DNA of 64,000 nt from Candidatus Poribacteria bacterium (GTDB lineage: Bacteria; Poribacteria; WGA-4E; WGA-3G): NCBI GenBank assembly GCA_965205015.1, contig OZ242029.1, positions 576,001-640,000 on the forward strand, written 5' to 3'. The notes below the pieces were generated by a model. That model was given only the letters and a program-made list of their open reading frames with translations. It did no database searches and was not told where the DNA came from. The first letter of the stretch is position 1. Each line of letters begins with the position of its first letter. The translations under genes and the position numbers were made by a program. Shown here piece after piece: positions 19,751-30,683 of this stretch.

Positions 19751-20818
19751 TTAAACCTCCTGCAACTTTTCCGCCTGATCGGCAGTTGTTAACCGCTCAA
19801 TAAACGTTTGTAGGTCACCGTCTAAAACGGCATCAAGTTGATAGGAACTGAATTGGACCCGGTGGTCAGTTACACGAGATTGTGGGAAGTTATAGGTGCG
19901 AATCTTTTCGCTTCTGTCGCCACTGCCAACCATAGATCTACGGGTTTCGGCTCTTTCATTGTTAAGTTCAAATTGCTTCTGCTCTTGGAGGCGGGCACGG
20001 AGAATCTTCATCGCCTTGGCACGATTTTTATGTTGAGACTTTTCGTCTTGGCAGGTCACAACCAGTCCCGTTGGGAGGTGGGTAATCCGAATAGCAGAGT
20101 CGGTTGTGTTAACGCTTTGTCCACCGGGACCCGAAGATCGGTAGGTATCAATACGTAATTCGGTTGCCTCATCAATCGCCAAATCGAGTTCCTCGGCTTC
20201 CGGAAGAACAGCGACTGTGGCAGCAGATGTATGAATGCGTCCACTCGCTTCGGTTGCAGGAATTCGCTGCACACGATGTATACCGCCTTCAAATTTCAGT
20301 TGACTGTATGCGTTCTGACCTTCAATTGAGAAAACGACCTCTTTAAATCCTTTTAAGCCAGTCGCATTTGAACTGAGGAGTTCCAGCCGCCAGTTTTGAC
20401 GTTCGGCATAGCGGGTGTACATTCGAAACAATTCGGCTGCGAAAAGACTGGCTTCTTCACCACCGGTCCCTGCTCGGATTTCGATGATGACGTTTTTCTC
20501 ATCGTTCGGATCTTTTGGAATCAGAAGAACCTTAAGCACCTCAGTAAGTTGCTCTTTTTTGGCAGTGAGAACGTCCAACTCTTCCTGAACTAATCCAAGC
20601 ATTTCCGCATCCGTTTCCGCTTCTATTAGGAGCAGCGTCTCTTCAAGGGCGGATTCTAACTGCTGGTACTCCTGATATGTGGACACAATTGGCGAAAGTT
20701 CGGCGTGGGTTTTAGATAACTCCATTAATCGCTGTTGATTTGAAATTTGCGCCGGATCTCCGAGTGCTTTTTCGACTTCAGCGTATCTGTTTTCAATATC
20801 CTTGAGTTTCTCAAACAT
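19751..20818 (-). CDS. prfA: Peptide chain release factor 1
   Basis: GGQ motif (SGPGGQSVN), PAT specificity tripeptide, EIRAGTGGEEA. Start placed at MFEK. Confidence 0.97.
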   Translation of the reverse strand: MFEKLKDIENRYAEVEKALGDPAQISNQQRLMELSKTHAELSPIVSTYQEYQQLESALEETLLLIEAETDAEMLGLVQEELDVLTAKKEQLTEVLKVLLIPKDPNDEKNVIIEIRAGTGGEEASLFAAELFRMYTRYAERQNWRLELLSSNATGLKGFKEVVFSIEGQNAYSQLKFEGGIHRVQRIPATEASGRIHTSAATVAVLPEAEELDLAIDEATELRIDTYRSSGPGGQSVNTTDSAIRITHLPTGLVVTCQDEKSQHKNRAKAMKILRARLQEQKQFELNNERAETRRSMVGSGDRSEKIRTYNFPQSRVTDHRVQFSSYQLDAVLDGDLQTFIERLTTADQAEKLQEV

Positions 20819-21021
20819 TTTTGTCACCGCTTGCAAGTTAAAACTTGCGATTAACCGTTAAAAACAAGAGATGCTCCTCTACATTTTCGGATGTAGGGTA
20901 GATCTCTATCCTGCTTGATTTGTGTCCTAAGCATCAGGGATTTCCCGCGCCTGCTGTTGTTAAGGCACGGGTACCCACGCTTGGAACACCGATCAATAGA
21001 CTTACCGGCGAAACGATACCT

Positions 21022-21237
21022 CTAATTATCGTCTGCGGTGAGTCCGTAACGTCGGCGGAAACTTTCAACGCGTCCGGCAGTGTCAATAAATCGAGCTTGT
21101 TGTCCAGTGTAGAATGGGTGACATTTTCCACAAATATCTACCCGCATCTCGGATTGGATCGCGAGCGTTTTATGGGTCGCGCCGCAAATGCATGTAATCA
21201 CGCATTCTACCATTTCTGGATGTATTTCGGCTTTCAT
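21022..21237 (-). CDS. rpmE: 50S ribosomal protein L31 (zinc-binding type)
   Basis: [27 protein letters not shown]. Confidence 0.96.
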   Translation of the reverse strand: MKAEIHPEMVECVITCICGATHKTLAIQSEMRVDICGKCHPFYTGQQARFIDTAGRVESFRRRYGLTADDN

Positions 21238-21326
21238 AATTTTTCTCCTTTGAATCGACAATTTACGATTCTCTAAGCGTCTTGTAACCGCGCTTCTGAG
21301 GCGCGGAAGTTTAAGTGTATAGGCAC

Positions 21327-22661
21327 TCACGCGGATCGCTTTGAACGAGCGTTGGTTCTCACTGACGCATTACTGTAAGTCGCATTGTCTACCATCCGCT
21401 CGAGGAATTCGGCGTTTGTACCAGTTCTGCCGAATTGCTCAATGAGCATTTCAAGCGATTCTGCGTCGTCCATCTGGCTGGTGAATTTCCGCAGCACCCA
21501 GACCTTGTTAAGAACATCGGGTGCCAATAAGAGTTCCTCACGACGTGTTTTCGATTTCTCGATGTTAATCGGTGGATAGATGCGGAGATCTAACAAAGAA
21601 CGCTCCATGTGGATTTCCATGTTGGCAGTGCCTTTGAATTCTTCGTAGATGTACTCATCTTGCCGACTTTCCGTATCAACGAGCACAGATGCAATAACCG
21701 TTAGACTTCCACCTTGTTCAAATTTTCGGGCTGCACCGCAAAACTGACGAGGCTTTACAAATGCCATAGCATCTAAACCCCCCGACAACGTTTTTCCGCT
21801 GTGTGGCGTCATGACATTGTGTGCCCGTGCGAGTCGGGTCATGCTATCCAACAGAACGACGACATCTTTCCCGTACTCTGCCCACCGCTTCGCCTTCTCA
21901 ATCGCCATCTCCGCGACTTGGATGTGCCGTTCCGGATGTTCATCAAAAGTAGAACTAATAACTTCCCCTTTGACAGAACGAGCGACATCTGTAACTTCCT
22001 CAGGGCGTTCATCAATGAGCAAAAAGATGAGAATAACTTCTGGATGGTTCGCCTCAATGCCGGCGGCAATATTCTTCAGCAGCGTCGTCTTACCACTGTA
22101 AGGCGGCGCAACAATCAAGCCGCGTTGTCCCTTGCCGATCGGTGCTATTAAATCCAACATCCGAGTCCCGTATTCTGACTGATTATGTTCCAGCTTCAAT
22201 TTTTCGTACGGGTGGATGGGAGTCAGGTGCTTGAAAAGGATTTTCTGTTTGACGGATTCAGGCACCTCTCCGTTAACCTTCTCAATTTGTAACATTGCGA
22301 AGTAACGCTCTGCTTTATTTTCCGTTTTCTTTGGGGGACGAATGACCCCTTCAACGACGTGCCCGGTTTGTAAATCGAAGCGTCGGATTTGCGATGAGGA
22401 CACGTAAATATCCTCGTTGCTCTGTAAATAATTGGAGCGCGACGAACGGAGAAACCCATAGTGTTGGTCCCGATCATCAAGGATTTCCAAAACCCCACCA
22501 CCATAAAACTGGGTATCCCCCTCAGATTTAGCCTCTATAATTTCGTTAATTAATTCCTCTTTCCGAGACCCATCGTATTCGACCACTCCGAGAGTTAGGG
22601 CAAAGTCTTTGAGTTCCGAGAACTCCATTTCTTGGAGCTTGCGAATGTCCAAGCTCTCCAT
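21327..22661 (-). CDS. rho: Transcription termination factor Rho
   Basis: [52 protein letters not shown]. Confidence 0.98.
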   Translation of the reverse strand: MESLDIRKLQEMEFSELKDFALTLGVVEYDGSRKEELINEIIEAKSEGDTQFYGGGVLEILDDRDQHYGFLRSSRSNYLQSNEDIYVSSSQIRRFDLQTGHVVEGVIRPPKKTENKAERYFAMLQIEKVNGEVPESVKQKILFKHLTPIHPYEKLKLEHNQSEYGTRMLDLIAPIGKGQRGLIVAPPYSGKTTLLKNIAAGIEANHPEVILIFLLIDERPEEVTDVARSVKGEVISSTFDEHPERHIQVAEMAIEKAKRWAEYGKDVVVLLDSMTRLARAHNVMTPHSGKTLSGGLDAMAFVKPRQFCGAARKFEQGGSLTVIASVLVDTESRQDEYIYEEFKGTANMEIHMERSLLDLRIYPPINIEKSKTRREELLLAPDVLNKVWVLRKFTSQMDDAESLEMLIEQFGRTGTNAEFLERMVDNATYSNASVRTNARSKRSA

Positions 22662-23373
22662 AGTTTCTAATACTCCTCATTGTGCCCGGTTCCAAGGTAA
22701 TCGTTCCACCATGGCGTTCATCTAACCACCCAGCGAATTCTTTGTCTCCACGCAAATGTGCGATATTTTGAAAATGGAGCCGCAATTTGAACGCAGTCGC
22801 TAAAATAGGAGACAAAACAGAGGTTAAAATGGAATCGGGGCTGATTCTATAGAATAATTGACTGAAGTTGGTTTCCATTACTTTCGGTTCGCGACTGAAA
22901 ACCACATCTACCGGGTTTCACTACTCTGTCGTTTAATTCATAAATCGGCACAACAGAACCGAGGCACGAAAACTGGGTTTTTCCACCAAGCTGGTTAATC
23001 TGGCATGACACTCCAACCAAACGCATGAGACTTCTGAAGACGCGCTTGTAAGCGACGCGCGACGCCGTTAAGATACGCGACAGAGCAAGATGCAAGGTAT
23101 ACAGGGATAGCGATGGAGTAGGTGCAACGTTGCCCGTGGGAATGTTTCTTGTATGGTTGCGTCGAGATACGTGTTAGAAGGTGGTTTCGACCTAAAGGTG
23201 CCACTTGGTTTTCCATATCAAAACTGGCGTTGCACGCGCTACCTTACAACCAGTGACTCGTTTTTCCTCAAAGGACGCTTCTTTCGGGGTTTACACTGTT
23301 TCATCAGGGGAAAGCTGCGAACTGCACCCTTAAAGCGTGCTTGCGCTTAGGAAGTTAAGAACCTTAATTGTTA

Positions 23374-23402
23374 ATTATACACCATTCAGAATAAAAGGTC
23401 AA
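23374..23402 (-). promoter_or_regulatory. Putative rho promoter preceding a leader of about 700 nt
   Basis: TTGACC-17 nt-TATAAT on the minus strand. Confidence 0.65.
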
Positions 23403-23480
23403 GTTTTTTTCTAAAAAGACGAATTCTTCCGAAATCATGATGTAAGGCGCGGTTTTTTTCAACCGCGCACTTCACACCCC

Positions 23481-25577
23481 TTATTCAGCGTCTTCGCCTT
23501 TCAATTTCTTAAGCCTGCGACGGACTTTCTGGTTATATTGATTTTTCGCTAAGTAGTTTTCCCAAAGGGCTATCGCGTCGTCATTAAACCCTTGTGAGAC
23601 ATAGTAATCACCGAGGGCTATCAGCGGAATATCAGAAAGCGGGTTCCTCTCAATCGCCGTTTTGAATTCAGCAACAGCGGTTTCCGCATCGCCGTTTAAA
23701 AGTGCCAACTCACCCCTACCGTAAGGAATCAAGGCGTGGTCGGGGTACTCTGCCGCCAATTCATCTATCATCTTCTGCGCGTCTTCCAATTTCTTCAAGT
23801 GGTAGGTTGCACGCGCAGCGAGGATCGTCGCATAAACGATCTGATTGCGAAGTTTTTGTTGTTCGACCTTGCTTTCCGATTTGTTGAGAACCCGTTTCGC
23901 CGTCCGAGCGGCGGCTCTATACTTGGCACGGGATTGTACATAATTCCCGTACTTATAGGTAAGGTCACCGAGGGTTTTAGAGCCGATGTATGAATCACCT
24001 TTCCCATCAACGAGATCCTGAAAAATTGCGGCGGCTTTTCGATCCTTTAACCGATAATGGAGGACCTCGGCAAGGCTTTGTAACGCATCTAAATTCTGTG
24101 TGTTCGCCGCGACAGACTTCTCCAGCACCTCCCGTTCTTTCTCAGGTTCACCTAACTTTTTGTGCGCCAGCGAGAGTAACCAGTAAATCTCGGAATCTTT
24201 TCTTTTCGCCATTCCAAGAACAGAATTGTAGGTTTCTATCGCTTTCTCATAGGATTCGGAAGTATAGTGAGTTCGTCCGGTGTCGATGACGGCTTGAATA
24301 ACGCTACCATCTCGGTTTGCAGCTTTCTTGAGGACCTCTCTCGCCCGTTGATGCATCCCTACTTTTCGATAGCAAATCGAGAGTTTGAGGTAGGAATACG
24401 GGTCAAGCTTCACATTCGCCGCCTCTGCGCGGGCAATTGCATCGAAATATAAAGCCCCCGCGTCCCGGTAACTCTCATCACCGTAGAAGAAGTTGGCAAT
24501 CATCAACTCAGCATCATAGTAAGTGCCTTGTTCATCGCCTGCGATACCCCCTTGACCGCCGAAATTCCGCATGACCTCCGATGCACTCACTCCGAATCCG
24601 GAGTCTGCGATTTGGGTATTGATATTCCCCATGGCGCGACTTCTCTCAACACCCCCGCGCGGGCGGTCCATTTCACGTCTCGCTTCTTGCCGGGCATAGG
24701 CTCTTTCTACCTGTGTTGCCAGTGGGTCGTCGGGCTCTGGAATGCTGGCGTTGAGGTCTGTCAGTTCCTGTTTCGCTATCTCAATCTCTTTTTCAGTCCC
24801 TTCGACCTTACCATATCTTTTAACGAGTGATTGATACGTGCGTTTCGCTTCCTCTTCGTTTTTGAGGTGCTGTCGTTGGATGCGTCCTTTATTGGCGATA
24901 GCGAGCGCTGCGCGTTGGCTTCGAGGGTTCCGGTTTGCGAAGTTATCGAAAACCTCTACCGCCTGTTCAAAGTCCTTTGCCTCTTCAAAACTTTTCGCCA
25001 GCATCAGTTGTGCGTTGTGGCTCAATTCAAGGTTCGGAAAATTGTTGATAACCGCGTCAAATTGGGTTTGAGAGGCTTTAAAATCCTTTTCCCGGAAATG
25101 GTGCATCCCGAGTTCATAATGCGCCTCAGCAGCTTCATCACTCTTCGGTGCAGCGGCGATGACGGCTTCATAGGCTTTGACGCCTTCCGCGGGTTGATTC
25201 ATTCGGTCAATGGAAAGTTTACCTATAGCGAGTTGTGCTTGCAATGCCTCAGGCGTGCCGGGTTGGGCATCCACGATATTTTGATACGCCTGTATTGCAC
25301 CTGGGTAGTCTTTCTGTTCAGCGAGCTTTTCTGCGGCGCGCAGTGCGCTACCAGATAGGCAACCGACGTGTACCACCGCTACTAAAACAGCCACGACGAG
25401 CGCGCAATACTTCATACTTTTGACAGCGAGTTTTCGCCAGTGCTCATACATCCTGATTGCGAGTTGTGCTGAAAATTTCACGATCTTTCTCCTTTTTTGA
25501 TATTGACTCGGTTCCAAGACACCTACGCGAATAAGCATCCCTGCTTTAATAACACGATTTGGATGCACATTCATCAA
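23481..25577 (-). CDS. Large TPR-repeat (lipo)protein
   Basis: Many TPR helices. Hydrophobic segment plus VGC lipobox-like motif after MKY, so the true start is probably later than the ORF-track start. Confidence 0.8.
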   Translation of the reverse strand: MMNVHPNRVIKAGMLIRVGVLEPSQYQKRRKIVKFSAQLAIRMYEHWRKLAVKSMKYCALVVAVLVAVVHVGCLSGSALRAAEKLAEQKDYPGAIQAYQNIVDAQPGTPEALQAQLAIGKLSIDRMNQPAEGVKAYEAVIAAAPKSDEAAEAHYELGMHHFREKDFKASQTQFDAVINNFPNLELSHNAQLMLAKSFEEAKDFEQAVEVFDNFANRNPRSQRAALAIANKGRIQRQHLKNEEEAKRTYQSLVKRYGKVEGTEKEIEIAKQELTDLNASIPEPDDPLATQVERAYARQEARREMDRPRGGVERSRAMGNINTQIADSGFGVSASEVMRNFGGQGGIAGDEQGTYYDAELMIANFFYGDESYRDAGALYFDAIARAEAANVKLDPYSYLKLSICYRKVGMHQRAREVLKKAANRDGSVIQAVIDTGRTHYTSESYEKAIETYNSVLGMAKRKDSEIYWLLSLAHKKLGEPEKEREVLEKSVAANTQNLDALQSLAEVLHYRLKDRKAAAIFQDLVDGKGDSYIGSKTLGDLTYKYGNYVQSRAKYRAAARTAKRVLNKSESKVEQQKLRNQIVYATILAARATYHLKKLEDAQKMIDELAAEYPDHALIPYGRGELALLNGDAETAVAEFKTAIERNPLSDIPLIALGDYYVSQGFNDDAIALWENYLAKNQYNQKVRRRLKKLKGEDAE

Positions 25578-26706
25578 TCAATTCTAAGACTTCTTGCCGA
25601 GTGTATCCCTCTTTCTGAATGAGTTCGTCGCAATTGACACTGTTTTTTGCGTCGGGTCCCTTACCGGCTTCAAGGATTGCATTTGTCAACCAACTGGTGC
25701 GTACTCCATTGATGCCAGAGGTGTAGTTCGCCTGGTACTCGCCTTTTACCAAACCGACGAGCTGATCGACCTTGTTGCGGGGATACCCTTCCGGACGCGG
25801 ATAAGCAAGCGGTTCTGGCGCACCACCTTTGGGCGTGTAACGAATACCATTTTTGATTTCGATCGTTCCCTCATCACCTTCCAGAATTACCCATTCTTCA
25901 AACCCAACGCGCGTGTTGCCGAGGATGGTGATTGTGCCTTCGGCACCGTTATCCAGTGTGACATCGGAGTAAGAATTAATTTCAACGAACTTTGGAACGA
26001 GGTTTCCATCGTCGTCCTCAAATTTCATGTCAGTTGTCCCGTAGACCTCAGCAGGCAAGGCACTCGTCATCCATAAGAATATATCTTGGAGGTGGCTTCC
26101 TGAGTCATTGGGCTGTCCACCGCCAGAGAAGCGTGGATCCCCTCGCCACCCACCTGCTCCCCACCGCTGCGCCATGTAGACCTCAAATTTCTGGAGGTTC
26201 CCGATCCGTCCTTCAGAGATTGCGCGTCTGGCTGCCATGTAGGTATCCTCATAATGGCGTTGATACCCACCGACGAGATGTAATCCACTGCCCATTGCGA
26301 TTTTGGTTACAGCGATTGCGTCACCAACGACATTCGCCATCGGTTTTTCGACGATCACGTGGCATCCGGCGCGGAGCGCGTATTTCGTGTGAATATCGTG
26401 AAGGGAGTGAGGCGAGAATACACCGACGATATCCAGATCTTCGTGATTGAGCATCTCCACGAACTCGTATTCACCGAGGTAACGGTTGAAACTATTCGCT
26501 TCATAGCCGTCAACCTGTTCTTGGAGCGCACTTTCTAAAGCGTCCAAACTCGCTTCGTGAGTGTCCACAGCGGCAACGACTTCAGCGTCGGAACGGGTTG
26601 CGAAACCGAGTGTATTTCCCCGTCCTGCACCGCCGGGTCCAATCACACCAACTCTTAAAATATCATTTTTGCGGGTTCCCATGATTCTAACCTCTCTGGA
26701 TGACAT
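25546..26706 (-). CDS. Gfo/Idh/MocA family oxidoreductase
   Basis: VGVIGPGGAG, VEKPM and GGG..D.GSH motifs. Confidence 0.9.
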   Translation of the reverse strand: MSSREVRIMGTRKNDILRVGVIGPGGAGRGNTLGFATRSDAEVVAAVDTHEASLDALESALQEQVDGYEANSFNRYLGEYEFVEMLNHEDLDIVGVFSPHSLHDIHTKYALRAGCHVIVEKPMANVVGDAIAVTKIAMGSGLHLVGGYQRHYEDTYMAARRAISEGRIGNLQKFEVYMAQRWGAGGWRGDPRFSGGGQPNDSGSHLQDIFLWMTSALPAEVYGTTDMKFEDDDGNLVPKFVEINSYSDVTLDNGAEGTITILGNTRVGFEEWVILEGDEGTIEIKNGIRYTPKGGAPEPLAYPRPEGYPRNKVDQLVGLVKGEYQANYTSGINGVRTSWLTNAILEAGKGPDAKNSVNCDELIQKEGYTRQEVLELIDECASKSCY

Positions 26707-26787
26707 CTGTCAAGAGATTTTACTTGACCTACTAACTCAAAAACGGTGATTCACATTCACTGCGGTTTAAACAGGCACGTGAGTTTC

Positions 26788-27528
26788 TCAACGATTAAAG
26801 ACTCGGAACAATTTTTTAATCGGATCGTAGAATTGGTCCACGACGCGCTCCTTGAGTGGGATGATAGCGTTGTCCGTAATCGTGATATGTTCCGGGCAGA
26901 CTTTCGTACAACATTTGGTAATGTTACAATACCCGATACCGTCCGAATCCTTCAATTCTTCGAGTCGGTTTTCAGTGTCTATCGGGTGCATTTCTAAGGA
27001 AGCGGCGTAAACGAAGAATCTCGGTCCGATGAACTCGTCATGAAGATCGTGCTCTCGAAGGACATGACAGACATCCTGGCAGAGGAAACACTCAATGCAC
27101 TTTCGAAACTCTTGGATGTGATCGATGTCTTCCTGTTCCATTCGCCATGTGCCATCTTCGACATCAGGGGGTCGTGGCGTGAACGGCTTCATTTTCTCTT
27201 TAACTCTGAAGTTCCATGATACGTCTGTAACGAGGTCTTTAATGAGCGGGAACGCCCGCATCGGTTCAACGGTAACAGGTTCATCAAGGGGTAAATCGTT
27301 GAGGCGCGTCATGCACATCAATTTCGGTTGCCCGTTGATTTCGGCGGAACAGGAGCCGCATTTTCCCGCTTTACAATTCCATCGAACAGCCATGTCGTTT
27401 GCTTGCTCGGCTTGGATACGGTGGACAGCGTCTAAAACCACCATACCCTCAGAAACCTCGGTGTCATAATCGACAAATTCCGCGCCATCCGCATTGCCAC
27501 GCCAGATCCTAAATGTTGTTTTCGCCAT
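26788..27528 (-). CDS. sdhB: Succinate dehydrogenase/fumarate reductase iron-sulfur subunit
   Basis: CKAGKCGSC, CIECFLCQDVC and CNITKCCTKVCP Fe-S motifs. Confidence 0.92.
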   Translation of the reverse strand: MAKTTFRIWRGNADGAEFVDYDTEVSEGMVVLDAVHRIQAEQANDMAVRWNCKAGKCGSCSAEINGQPKLMCMTRLNDLPLDEPVTVEPMRAFPLIKDLVTDVSWNFRVKEKMKPFTPRPPDVEDGTWRMEQEDIDHIQEFRKCIECFLCQDVCHVLREHDLHDEFIGPRFFVYAASLEMHPIDTENRLEELKDSDGIGYCNITKCCTKVCPEHITITDNAIIPLKERVVDQFYDPIKKLFRVFNR

Positions 27529-27601
27529 TTTTTAATTTTTCCTTGCCGTTCGGTCAAGTCTGTTTGATGATCGTTAAAAACCCTTGCGAACAATTAAAAT
27601 A

Positions 27602-29434
27602 CTATCCGATTTCATCTATGATCTCCTGCAGATCGGCTCGGAGTTCATCAACCGGTTGACGGCGAATCTCCATAGTGCCATCGGGTGCCTTCTTAACGAT
27701 GGTGTTATATTTGCCTGCGCCGGGTTCCTCTTTCTCTGGGTAATCGTCCCGTGAATGCGCACCGATGCTTGCCCTGCGTTCAAGTGCCGCAAGTGCAATC
27801 GATTCGGAGACCGTGATCAAGCAGTCGAGATCGAGCGCGGTATGCCATCCGGAGTTGTACTCTCGATTACCGATAGCATGGACGTTCTCTGCCTGTTCGC
27901 GCAGGTGCTGGATCTCCTCCAAGGCTTGCGTGAGGCTTTCTTGACTGCGAGCGATACCCACCAGTTCCTGCATTTTGTCCTGGAGTTGTGCCTGAATGTC
28001 GTAGGGTCCCATCTTTTCACCACTGCCATCGTCTGCTGGATTCTCAAAGGGTTTTAGCGTGTGAGCAGCGATTGCATCGACTTGTGTTTCATCAAGCCGG
28101 ACAACTTCGTTCTCCTCCGCAAACCGTGCCGCATATTCCCCCGCACGTTTACCGAAAACGAGCAGATCGGAGAGTGAATTACCGCCAAGTCTGTTGGCAC
28201 CGTGTAATCCGGCAGCGCATTCACCCGCCGCAAAGAGTCCTGGAACCGCCGTCATCTGTGAATCCGCATCGACCCGAATGCCGCCCATGATATAATGCGT
28301 TGTGGGCCCGACTTCCATCGGTTCCTGCGTGATGTCGATGTCGGCAAGTTCCTTGAATTGGTGGTACATACTCGGCAGTTTTCTACGGATATGCTCCGGC
28401 GCGTTCGAGATTTTTTCCTTAATCCACGCGATATCCAAGAATACACCACCGTGTGGACTTCCCCGACCCTCCTGTACTTCTCGGACGATGCACCGTGCGA
28501 CGTGATCGCGTGTAAGAAGCTCGGGTGGACGCCGCGCATCTCGGTCGCCTTGTGTATACCGCCATCCCTCTTCAGGACTATCCGCCGTCTGGTGCACATA
28601 GAGTTCAGGGATGTCATCAAACATAAAACGTTTCCCCTCACTGTTTGTGAGGATACCGCCTTCGCCACGCACCCCCTCCGTGACCAAGATACCTCGGACA
28701 CTGGGGGGCCACACCATACCCGTTGGATGGAATTGCACGAACTCCATATCTATGAGTTCCGCCCCGGCGTGGTATGCCAGAGAATGTCCATCGCCGGTAT
28801 ACTCCCAACTATTGCTTGTAATCTTGTATGCTTTTCCCACGCCGCCTGTTGCCAACACGACCGCCTTCGCGGAAAAAACTTTGAACCGTCCCTTTTCACG
28901 TTCGTAACCGAACGCACCTGACACCCTCTCACCCGTTTTGAGGAGCGAAACGACGGTATTCTCCATGTGTACTTCAATACCTTGATGGATACCGTGGTCC
29001 TGTAGCGCGCGGATCATTTCCAATCCAGTGCGATCCCCGACGTGTGCAAGGCGCGGGTATTGGTGTCCACCGAAGTTCCGCTGAAGGATGCCTCCATCCT
29101 GTGTCCGGTCAAAGAGCGCACCCCAAGCTTCAAGTTCACGCACCCGATCGGGTGCTTCTTGCGCATGGAGCTCTGCCATTCGTGCGTCGGAGAGATACTG
29201 TCCACCGCGCATGGTGTCAGCGAAATGTACACGCCAACTGTCCCTTTCATCAACATTTGCCAAAGCGGCAGCGACGCCACCTTCTGCCATAACGGTATGC
29301 GCCTTACCGAGCAAAGATTTGCACACAAGCCCTACCTTTAGGTCACCTGCGGCGGCTTCAATCGCTGCACGAAGTCCAGCACCACCGGCTCCAATTATCA
29401 ATACATCATATTCATGCGTTTCGTAAGATGCCAC
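27602..29434 (-). CDS. sdhA: Succinate dehydrogenase/fumarate reductase flavoprotein subunit
   Basis: GAGGAG, AHTVMAEGG (covalent FAD His), QFHPT, HGANRLGGNSL. Confidence 0.93.
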   Translation of the reverse strand: MASYETHEYDVLIIGAGGAGLRAAIEAAAGDLKVGLVCKSLLGKAHTVMAEGGVAAALANVDERDSWRVHFADTMRGGQYLSDARMAELHAQEAPDRVRELEAWGALFDRTQDGGILQRNFGGHQYPRLAHVGDRTGLEMIRALQDHGIHQGIEVHMENTVVSLLKTGERVSGAFGYEREKGRFKVFSAKAVVLATGGVGKAYKITSNSWEYTGDGHSLAYHAGAELIDMEFVQFHPTGMVWPPSVRGILVTEGVRGEGGILTNSEGKRFMFDDIPELYVHQTADSPEEGWRYTQGDRDARRPPELLTRDHVARCIVREVQEGRGSPHGGVFLDIAWIKEKISNAPEHIRRKLPSMYHQFKELADIDITQEPMEVGPTTHYIMGGIRVDADSQMTAVPGLFAAGECAAGLHGANRLGGNSLSDLLVFGKRAGEYAARFAEENEVVRLDETQVDAIAAHTLKPFENPADDGSGEKMGPYDIQAQLQDKMQELVGIARSQESLTQALEEIQHLREQAENVHAIGNREYNSGWHTALDLDCLITVSESIALAALERRASIGAHSRDDYPEKEEPGAGKYNTIVKKAPDGTMEIRRQPVDELRADLQEIIDEIG

Positions 29435-29579
29435 GTTGAAAAATTTCCCCTAATTATGAATGTATGTTTCTCCAGTGTTAAAATTAGACGCGAACGGCAA
29501 GCCTGTAATGTAATGGAAGGCGATTCATAAGAAAGGCACTTCAAATATGAAACCCACTTGAGAACTCCGCAAGGTAAAA

Positions 29580-30392
29580 TTAAAAAGTAATCCAGTCCTG
29601 ACCAAGCGCCGGTGCTATAAAACGGACGTATATATCAGAAAAACCGACCCAACAGAGACTCATCCACGCCCAGAGCATATGTCGCTCGTTCAAGCAGGTC
29701 ACACAATTATACGCGCGTCGACGAATTGGTGCTTTAGAGAGCAGATCCACAATTCCACCGACTAAGTGGCGTAAAGAGTGGCATCCGAGCGTATAACCGC
29801 CTAAAAAGATGACATTGCCTGCCAAAACGAGCGTCCCGATGCCGATGCCGAGGGTTTTTCCACCATTTCCATCAGGAAACCAGAGTGCCACCCAAACATC
29901 ATAACTGAGGATGACGAGGAAAATGAGGGCGAGATAGAGAAAATACCGATGGATATTCTGGATAATCAGCGGGAAGGAGTGCTCACCCCGATAGCCTTTA
30001 CGCGGTTCCGATACCGTGCAAGAGGGCGGATCTGCCCAAAACGCTTTGTAATACGCCCCTCGGTAATAGTAACAGGTGAATCGGAAGCCTGCAGGTGCCC
30101 ACAAAATCAAGGCGGCAGGTGTAATCAATGCCGGCATCCAGGATGGCATCTCACCAAACCAACTGTGCTCAAGGCTATGCGCATCCGTACCGAAAAGTAG
30201 TGGCGAGTAGAAAGGCGACAGGTAGGGACCAGAAATAAAATGCTCCCCCTCCAAAACCCGGAAGGTCGCATAGACAATGAATGCCCCCAACCCGACAAAT
30301 ACGGCTAAGGGTTGCAGCCACCAAGTATCTCGGCGCTGGGTGTGGAACGGACGGCGTTCCGTTAAGGTGAGTTCAGGGTGCGTCATAGGCAA
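29580..30392 (-). CDS. Sdh1-type membrane anchor subunit (Rv0249c-like)
   Basis: YLSPFYSP, FRFTCYYYR.AY, QNIHRYF and GCHSLRH in a multi-TM protein upstream of sdhA. Confidence 0.8.
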   Translation of the reverse strand: MPMTHPELTLTERRPFHTQRRDTWWLQPLAVFVGLGAFIVYATFRVLEGEHFISGPYLSPFYSPLLFGTDAHSLEHSWFGEMPSWMPALITPAALILWAPAGFRFTCYYYRGAYYKAFWADPPSCTVSEPRKGYRGEHSFPLIIQNIHRYFLYLALIFLVILSYDVWVALWFPDGNGGKTLGIGIGTLVLAGNVIFLGGYTLGCHSLRHLVGGIVDLLSKAPIRRRAYNCVTCLNERHMLWAWMSLCWVGFSDIYVRFIAPALGQDWITF

Positions 30393-30412
30393 TTTTCCTT
30401 CATGTGAACAGT

Positions 30413-30610
30413 TTAGTCTTTTTTATTAGATTCGGTTCGCGGCGGTGGTGGGGGCAGATATTTCCAACCGAGTGCTTTGAATTTTTTTTGGTTCGCTTTC
30501 AAATAATTATAGAGATCTTCCATAGAATTGAATTTGGCAGCGAATGCCTCCTTCATCCGATAGCACTCTTCCAAGACAGGATCCATGCGTGTGTCCGGTT
30601 TCTCCTTCAC
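30413..30610 (-). CDS. Small protein homologous to the C-terminal module of the PIN fusion (orphan antitoxin-like)
   Basis: DPVLEECYRMKEAFAAKFNSMEDLYNYLKA vs DPILEECYRIKAELSAKFKTLDEFFAYVKA. GAGG RBS and own promoter TTGACA-17-TACAAT (30653-30681). Confidence 0.75.
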   Translation of the reverse strand: MKEKPDTRMDPVLEECYRMKEAFAAKFNSMEDLYNYLKANQKKFKALGWKYLPPPPPRTESNKKD

Positions 30611-30683
30611 TTGAATTTCCTCAATTGTAGACTTTCGGTCTGGCCGTATTATATTGTATCATACAATAAGGTTTTTGTCAAAT

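Noticed and set aside
17406-21003. Local targets for the mini-element guide (AAGTCTATTA at about 17406, AAGTCTATT at about 21003 minus)
   Set aside because: Only 9-10 nt match and neither is preceded by TTTA or TTAT, so these are consistent with chance.
22860-23370. tmRNA or RNase P RNA upstream of rho
   Set aside because: No tRNA-like GGGG...CCA ends and no GAGGAAAGTCC core were seen.
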